DNA of 64,000 nucleotides from the NCBI RefSeq assembly GCF_009914755.1, contig NC_060947.1, one strand, 5' to 3'. A model generated the notes under the pieces. The model saw only the letters and a program-made list of their open reading frames with translations. It did no database searches and was not told where the DNA came from. This DNA is from the human T2T-CHM13v2.0 reference genome, Homo sapiens. Every line of letters begins with the position of its first letter. Positions within the stretch are counted from its first letter, which is position 1. Shown in pieces: positions 55,739 to 64,000 of the stretch. The position numbers and the translations under genes are program-made.

Positions 55739-58391
55739 GATAAAACAGACTTTAAACAAACAAAGATCAAAAGAGACAAAGCAGGGCATTACATAATGGT
55801 AAAGGGATCAATGCAACAAGAGAAACTAACTATCCTAAATTTATATGCACTCAATACAGGAGCACTCAGATTCATAAAGCAAGTTCTCAAATACCTACAA
55901 AGAGAATTAGACTCCCATACAATAATAGTGGGAGACTATAACACCCCATAGTCAATATTAGACAGATCAACAAAACAGTAAATTAACAAAGATATTCAGG
56001 ACTTGAACTCAGCTCTGGACCAAGTGAACCTAATTGACATCTACAGAATTCTCCACTCCAAATCAACAGAATATACATTTTTCTCAGCACCACATAGCAT
56101 GCATTCTAAAATTGATGACATAATTGGAAGTAAAACACTCCTCAGCAAATGCAAAAGAACAGAAATTATTACAAACAGTCTCTCAGACCACATTACAATC
56201 AAATTAGAACTCAGGGTTAAGAAATTCACTCAAAACTACACAACTACATGGAAATTAAACAACCTCCTCCTGAATGACTACTGGGTAAATAACGAAATTA
56301 AGGCAGAAATAAATAAGTTCTTTAAAATCAATGAGAACAAAGAGACAACATACCAGAATCTCTGGGACACAGCAAAAGCAGTGTTAAGAGGGAAACTTAT
56401 AGCACTAAATGCCCACAACAGAAAGCTAGAAAGATCTAAAATCAACACCCTAACAACACAATTAAAAGAACCAGAGAAGCAAGAGAAAACAAACTCAAAA
56501 GATAGCAAAAGACAAGAAATTACTAAGATCAGAGCAGAACTGAAGGAGATAGAGACATGAAAAACACTTCAAAAAATTAAGGAATCCAGGAGCTGATTTT
56601 TTGAAAATATTAACAAAATAAATGGACCACTAGCTAAACTAATAAAGAAGAAAACAGAGAAGAATTCAACAGACACAATTAAAATGATATAGGGGATATA
56701 TCCACTGATCCCACAGAAATACAATCTATTATCAGAGAATACTACAAACACCTCTCACAAGTAAACTAGAATATCTAGAAGAAATGGATAAACTCCAGGA
56801 CACATACACCCTCCCAAGACTAAACCAGGAAGAAGTCAAATCCCTGAATAGGCCAACAAGTTCTGAAATTGAGGCAGTAACTAATAGCTTACCAACCAAA
56901 CAAAAGCTTAGTACAAGATGGATTCACAGCCGAATTCTACTAGACGCACAAACAGGAGCTAGCACCAATTCCTTCTGAAACTATTACAAATAACGGAAAA
57001 AGAGGGACTACTCCTGAACTAATTCTATGAGGACAGCATCATTTTGGTACCAAAACCTGACAGAGACACAACACGAAAAGAAAATTTCAGGCCAATATCC
57101 CTGATGAACATCAATGTGAAAATCCTTAATAAAATACTGGCAGACTGAATCCAGCAGCACATCAAAAGGCTTATCCACCAGGATGAAGTCAGCTTCATCC
57201 CTGGGATGCAAGGCTGTTTCAACATATGCAAATCAATAAACGTAATCCACCACATAAACAGAACCAATAACAAAAACCACATGATTATCTTGATAGATGT
57301 AGAAAAGGCCTTCAATGAAATTCAACACCCCTTCATCCTAGAAACTCTCAATAAACTAGGTATTGATGGATCATATCTCAAAAAAGTAAGAGCTATTGAT
57401 GACAAACCCATAGCCAATATCATACTGAATGGGCAAAAGCTGGAAGGATTCCCTTTGAAAACTGGCACAAGACAAGGATGCCCTCTCTCAACACTCATAT
57501 TGAACATAGCATTGGAAGTTCTAGCCAGGGCAATCAGGAAAGAGAAAGAAATAAAGGGTATTATAATAGGAAGAGAGGAAGTCAAATTGTCTTTGTTCGC
57601 AGATGACCTGATTGTATATTTAGAAAACCCCTTCAACTCTGCCTAAAAATTCCTTAAGCTGATAAGCAACTTCAGCAAAGTCTCAGGATACAAAATCAAT
57701 GTTCAAAAATCACAAGCATTTCTATACACCAACAATAGACAAGCTCACAGCCAAATCATGAATAAACTCCCATTCACAATCACTACAAAGAGAATAAATT
57801 ACCTAGGAATACAAGTTACAAGGCATGTGAAGAACCTTTTCAAGGAGAACTACAAACCACTGCTCAAGGAAATAAGAGAAGAAACAAACAAACGGGAAAA
57901 AATCCATGCTCATGGAGAGGGAGAATCAATATTGTGAAAATGGCCATACTGCCCAAAGTAATTTATAAATTCAATGCTATTCCCATCAAGTTACCAGTAA
58001 CTTTTATGGCAGAATTTTAAAAAACTATTTTATATTTCATATGAAACCAAAAAAGAGCCCATATAGCCAAGACAATCCTAAGCAAAAAGAACAAAGCTGG
58101 AGGCATCACGCTACCTGACTTCAAACTATACTACAAGACTACAGTAACCAAAACTGCATGGTACTGGTACCAAAACAGATATATAGACCAATGGAATGAA
58201 GCAGAGACCTCAGAAATAACATCACATGTCTACAACCGTCTGATCTTCCACAATCCTGACAAAAACAAGCAATGGGGAAAGGATTCTATATTTAATAAAT
58301 TATGCTGGGAAAACTGGCTAGTCATATGCAGAAAACAGAAACTGGACCCCTTCCTTAAACCTTATACAAAAATTAACTCAAGATGGATTAA

Positions 58392-58601
<210 letters not shown>

Positions 58602-59789
58602 TGAGAGAAAACTTTTGCAAGCTACCCATCTGACAAGGGCTAATATCCAGAATCTACAAAGAACTTAAACAAATTTACAAGAAAAAAAAAACTCCATCAA
58701 AAAGTGAGCGAAGGATATGAACAGTCACTTCTCAAAAAAAGACATTTATGTGGCCAATAAACATATGAAAAAAAGCTCATCATCACTGGTTATTAGAGAA
58801 ATGCAAATCAAAACCACAATGAGATACCATCTCATGACAGTTAGAATGGCGATTATTAAAAAGTCTGGACACAACAGATGCTGGAGAGAATGTGGAGAAA
58901 TAGGAACTCTTTTACACTGTTGGTGGGAGTGTAAATTAGTTCAACCATTGTGGAAGACAGTGTGGCAATTCCTCAAGGATCTAGAACCAGAAATACCATT
59001 TGAACCAGCAATCCCATTACTGGGTATATACTCACAGAATTATAAATCATTCTACTATAGAGATATATGCACATGTATGTTTATTGCAGCACTATTCACC
59101 ATAGCAAAGACTTGGAACCAACCGAAATGCCCATCGGTGATAAACTGGATAAAGAAAATGTGGCACATATACACAAAGGAATACTATGTGGCCATAAAAA
59201 AGAATGAGTTTATGTCCTTTGCAGGGACATGGATGAAGCTGGATGCCATCATTCTCAGCAAACTAACACAGAAACAGAAAACCAAATACCTCATGTTCCC
59301 ACTCAATTGGGTTTTGAACAATGAAAACACGTTGACACAGAGAGGGGGACATCACACACCAGGGCCTGTCAGGGTTTGAGGGGCAAGGGGACAGAGAGCA
59401 TTAGGACAAAAACCTAATGCATGCAGGGCTTAAAACCTAGATGACAGGTTGATAGGTGCAGCAAACCACCATGGTACATGTATACCTATGTAACAAACAT
59501 GCATGTTCTGCACATGTATCCCAGAACTTAAAGTATAACAAAAAAATAAAGAAATAAAGAGTCTTGCTCAGGCTACAGTATGGAGACTGGATTGTAGGGG
59601 AGCAAGACTGAAATTGCAGAGACAAATTGGGTGTCTTTTGTCTAGTCCATGCAAAAAAGTGATCTGATGGTGGTTTGAACTAAGACCGTGGAAATGGGGA
59701 TAGAAAGACCTTGACAGATTGAAAGAACATTCTGGTAGCTTGGAATATACCTTTACAAAGGGATATGAAGTCAATGTGATTCCATCTGC

Positions 59790-60895
59790 AAGGATAGATC
59801 AGTAATGTAAGAAAAGAAATGGAAATTCAAAGAAAGAACAAAAAAGAAATGCTAGAAATCAAGAACACTGTAACATAAATTAAGAATGTTTTCAGTGGAT
59901 TTATTAGCAGTCTGGAAAGAGCTGAGAGAAGAATCATTGAGCTTTAGGATATGAAAATTCAAACACCAAGAATTAAACAGCAAGGAGTAAAAGACTGAAA
60001 AGGCTGAACAGAGTACCCAAGAACTGTGGAACAGCCACAAGATCTGTAAGATGCATGTTAATGGTAATACCAGAAAAAGAGGAAGACAAAAAGAAAAATA
60101 AGAAACATTTGAAGCAATAAGGACTGAGAATTTCTCAAAATTAATCTCAGACACCAAATCACAGATCCAGGAATCTAAGTGACCAAGCAGGACAAATGCC
60201 AGAAAAAAAAATCTACACCTATGCATATAATATTGGAACTACAGAAAATCAACAACAGATAAAAAGTCTTAAAAGAAGCCAGAGGGGGGGGAAATACCTA
60301 TGGAGAAACAAGGGTAAAAATTACATTAGACTTCTTTTCATGTACCATGAAGGCAAGAAAAGAATAGAGTGACAGATTTCAAGTGGAAAGAGAAAGAAAA
60401 CACCAACCTTGAATTCTGTATTCAGCAAAATAATCCTTCAAAAGTGAAGGAGAAATAAAGATTTTCTCAGACACAAAGGAACTATTAAGAAAATTTGCCA
60501 CCAGTAGACCTGCCTTGCTAAAAATGTTGTCTTTTTGCTTTTTTAATATTTTTATTTTTTTAGAGACAAGGTCTCACTCTGTTGCCCATGCTGGAGTGCA
60601 CTAGTGCAACTTTGGCTCACTGCAGCCTCAACCTCCTGGGTTTAAACAGTACTCCCATTTCAGCCGCCTGAGTAGCTGAGGATACAAGCTCATAATATTA
60701 CATCCAGCTAATTTTATTTTTTGTGGAGAAGGAGTCTCAATATGTTGCCCAGGCTGGTCTTAAACTCCTGGGCTCAAGTGATCTTCCTGTCTCAGCCTCC
60801 CAAAGAGCTGGGATTACAGGCATAAGCCACTATGTTCAGCCCTTGCTAGAAATGTTTTAAAACCTCCTTTAGAAAAAAAGAAGATTATATAGGTC
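59790..60895 (+). mobile_element. Ancient L1M ORF1-region fragment, continuing at 63283-63815
   Basis: caccaaccttgaattctgtattcagcaaaataatccttcaaaagtgaaggagaaataaag. Confidence 0.65.
60529..60840 (-). mobile_element. AluJ
   Basis: ctcctgggctcaagtgatc; TSD ccttgctaaaaatgtt / ccttgctagaaatgtt. Confidence 0.92.
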
Positions 60896-63277
60896 TGATA
60901 TGGTTTGGCTCTGTGTCCCCATCCAAATCTCATCTCAAATGTCAATCCCTATTTGTGAGGGGAGGGGCCTAGTAAGGGGTGATTGAATCATGGAGGCCAA
61001 CCTCCCCTTTGATGTTCTCATGATAGTGAGTTCTTATGAGATCTAATTGTTTGAAAGTGTGTAAATTTCCCCCTTTGCTCTCTCTCTCTGTTTCTCCATT
61101 ATGGTAAGACGTGCTTGCTTCCCCTTCACATTTCACCATAATTGGAATGTAAGGCCCCCCAGTCATGATTCCTGCTAAGCCTATGGAACTGTGAGTCAAT
61201 TAAACCTCTTTTGTTCATAAATTACTTAGTCTCAGTTAGTCCTTCATAGCACTGTGAGAATGGAATAATACAGAAAATTGGTTCAATAGTAGGGTACTGC
61301 TATAATGATACTTGAAAATGTGGAAGGTACTTTTGAACCACATAATGGGCAGAGGTTGGAGCAGTTTGGAGGGCTCCAAAGAAGACAGGAAGATGTGGGA
61401 ATGTTTGAAACTTCCTAGAGACTTGTTGAATGGTTTTGACAAAAATGCAGAGTGATATGGGCATTGAAGTCCAGGCTGAGGTGGTCTCAGATGAAGATGA
61501 GAACTTATTGGGAACTGGAGTAAAAGTCACTTTTCCTATGCTTTAGCAAACAGACTGGCAGCATTGTGCCCCTGCCCTAGAGATCTGTGGAACTATGAAA
61601 TTGAGAGAGATGATTTAGGGTATGTGGTGAAAAAAAATTCTAAGCAGCAAAGCATTCAAGATGTAATCTGGCTGTTCCTGAAAGTGTACACTCTTGTGTG
61701 TGAACAAAGAGATTATCTGAAACTAGAGTTTATATTTAAAAGAGAAGCAGAGCAGAAAAATTTGAAAAATTTGCAGCCCAGCCATGTGGCAAAAAAGAAA
61801 AACCCAATTTCTAAGGAAAAATTCAAGCTGGCTGCAGAAATTTGCATAAGTAAAGAAGAGTCAAATGTGAATATTCAAGAAAATAGGAAAAATATCTCCA
61901 GGGCATGCCACTGACCTTCACAGCAGCCCCTCCCATCACAGGCCCAGAGGCCTAGGAGGAAAAAATGATTTTATGGGCCAGGTCCAGGGCCCCACTGCTC
62001 TGTGCTGCCTTGAGACACGGTGCCATGTGTCCCAGCCACTCCAGCTCCAGCTCCTTAAAAGGGGACAAGGTACAGCTCATGCCACTGTTTCAGAGGGTGC
62101 AACCCCGAAGCCTTGGTGGCTTCCACATGTTATTGGGCCTGTGGGTACACAGAAGGCAAGAGTTTGGGAGCCTCCACTTAGATTTCAGAGAATATATGGA
62201 AATGCCTTGATGTCTAGGCAGAAGTCTGCTGTAGAGACAGAGCCCTCATGAAGAACCTCTACTATGGCCATGCAGAAGGAAAATATGGAGTTGGGAACCC
62301 CACACAAAGTCCCCAGTGGGGCACTGACCAGGGGAGCTGTGAGAAGAGGGCCACCATCCTCCAGACCCCAGAACAGTAGATCCACCAACAGCTTGCACTA
62401 TGCACCTGGAAAAGCCATCAGCACTCAACACCAGCCCATGAAAGCAACCATGGGGTCTGTACCCTGCAGAGTCACAGGGGCAGAGCTGCCCAAGGCATTG
62501 GGAGCCCACACATTGAATCAATGTGACCTGAATGTGAGAAATGGAGTCAAAGGAGATTATTTTGGAGCTTTAAGATTTAATGAATGCCCCTCGGTGTTTT
62601 GGTCTTGCAAGGGGCCTGTGGTCCCTTCATTTTGGCCAATTTCTCCCATTTGAAATGGGAGCATTCACCCAATGCCTGTATCCCCACTGTATCTTGGAAG
62701 TAACTAACTTGCTTTTGATTTTGCAGGCTCATAGGCAGAAGGGACTTGCCTTGTTTCAGATGAGACTTTGGACTTCAACTTTTGGGTTAATGCTGGAATG
62801 AGTTAAGACTTTGGGGGACTGTTGGGAAGACATGATTGTGTTTTGAAATGTGAAAAGGACATGAGATTTGGTAGGTGCCAGGGGCAGAATTATATGGTTT
62901 AGATGTCCCTACCCAAATTTCATCTCAAATTGTAATTTCTACATGTTGGTGGAGGGATCTGGTGGGAAGGGATTGAATCATGGAGGCAGACTTCCCCCTT
63001 TCTGTTCTCATGATAGTGAGTGAGTTTCATGGTTTCATGAGTTTTGGTTGTTTGAAAGTGTGTGGCACTTCACCCTTCACCTTCTCCTTCTCCTGCTCCA
63101 CCATGGTAAGACATGCTTTCTTCCTCTTTGCCTTCTGCCATGATTGCAAGTTTCCTGAGGCCTCCAGTCATGCTTCCTGTTAAGCCTGTGAAACTGTGAG
63201 TCAATTAAGTCTCTTTTGTTCATAAATTACTCAGTCTCAGTTAGTTCTTCATAGCAGTGTGAGAATAGAATAACACA
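60896..63277 (+). mobile_element. Two-LTR MaLR element (THE1D/MSTA-like): 5' LTR 60896-61272, internal 61273-62889, 3' LTR 62890-63277
   Basis: LTR tgatatggtttggctctgtgtcccc...aataca; purine tract ggggcagaa before the 3' LTR; 5-bp TSD aggtc / atgtc. Confidence 0.9.
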
Positions 63278-63815
63278 ATGTCAGAAACCAAAATCTACAT
63301 AAAGAAAGAGCATTAGAGGAAAAATGAATGAATGTAAAAATTAAATGTTTATTTTTTCTATTCTAAGTGATCCAACAGATAACAGCTTATGCAAAATAAT
63401 AATAGCAATAATATATTTTATTATTGTAGCTTGAAATGCATGTCAGCAATGATGCAAGATACGAGAGAGAGGAATTCAAAATATTTTGTAATAAGTTACT
63501 TGCACCACCCTTGAAGTGCTATAGTATTTTTCAAAAGTGGATTTGGATTAGTTGTAAATGTATACAGTGAATTTCATGGCAACAACTTAAAACATTTTTT
63601 TTAATTAAAAAGGTATAATTGATATACCAAGTAAAGAGAAAAATTGAATCTCAAAAAATGCACAATTAAAATCAAAGGCAGAAAGAGTGGAAGAGAGAAA
63701 CAAAAAATAGGAGCAACAAATACAAAACAGTAAAAAAATATGGTAGACATTAAGCCAACTATGTCAACAATTTCTTTAACCATCAGTAGTCTAAATGCAC
63801 TAATTAAAAGACGAA

Positions 63816-64000
63816 ATTGGAAATCCTAGCCAAAGCAATCAGGCAAGAAAAAAAAAAGGCATCCAAATAGGAAGAGAGAAAGTGAAACTATATTTCTTCA
63901 CAGATGATATAATTCTACACCTAGAAAGCCATATAAACTCTTCCAAAAGGCCCCTAGAACTAATAAATGTCTTCAGTAAACTTTCAGGATGCAAAACCAA
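63816..64000 (+). mobile_element. Start of another 5'-truncated old L1, RT region
   Basis: ggaaatcctagccaaagcaatcaggcaag...cagatgatataattcta. Confidence 0.7.

Noticed and set aside
61564-62801. MaLR internal ORFs as functional gag-like genes
   Set aside because: Fragmented by stops and frameshifts; decayed internal sequence

Overview
Human genomic DNA made up almost entirely of nested retrotransposons (human is inferred from an L1HS Ta-1 insertion; the extreme LINE-1 density suggests a gene-poor, possibly X-like region, but I cannot place it). No cellular protein-coding gene, tRNA, rRNA or CRISPR array is supported. Nearly all listed ORFs are sense or antisense fragments of L1, Alu or MaLR elements. 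Main content: (1) a 5'-truncated L1HS Ta-1 (2356-5890, minus strand, 16-bp TSD) nested in an older L1PA, whose junction creates an ATG and an open 1102-aa ORF2 lacking the endonuclease N-terminus but with RT motifs intact; (2) a full-length L1PA3-like copy carrying the ZNF93-escape deletion but no TSD; (3) a twin-primed 5'-inverted L1PA5-like insertion inside a full-length L1PA8-like element; (4) full-length L1PA10-like and L1MA2-like elements with nested L1PB1, a MER9 (HML-3) solo LTR and Alus; (5) a two-LTR THE1/MST MaLR element; (6) two small islands of ancient MIR/L2 and unique DNA (13.1-16.2 kb, 50.0-51.0 kb). I did not find a convincing new biological system. The findings are locus-specific structural observations. 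Subfamily labels come from remembered diagnostics and need RepeatMasker/Dfam confirmation.
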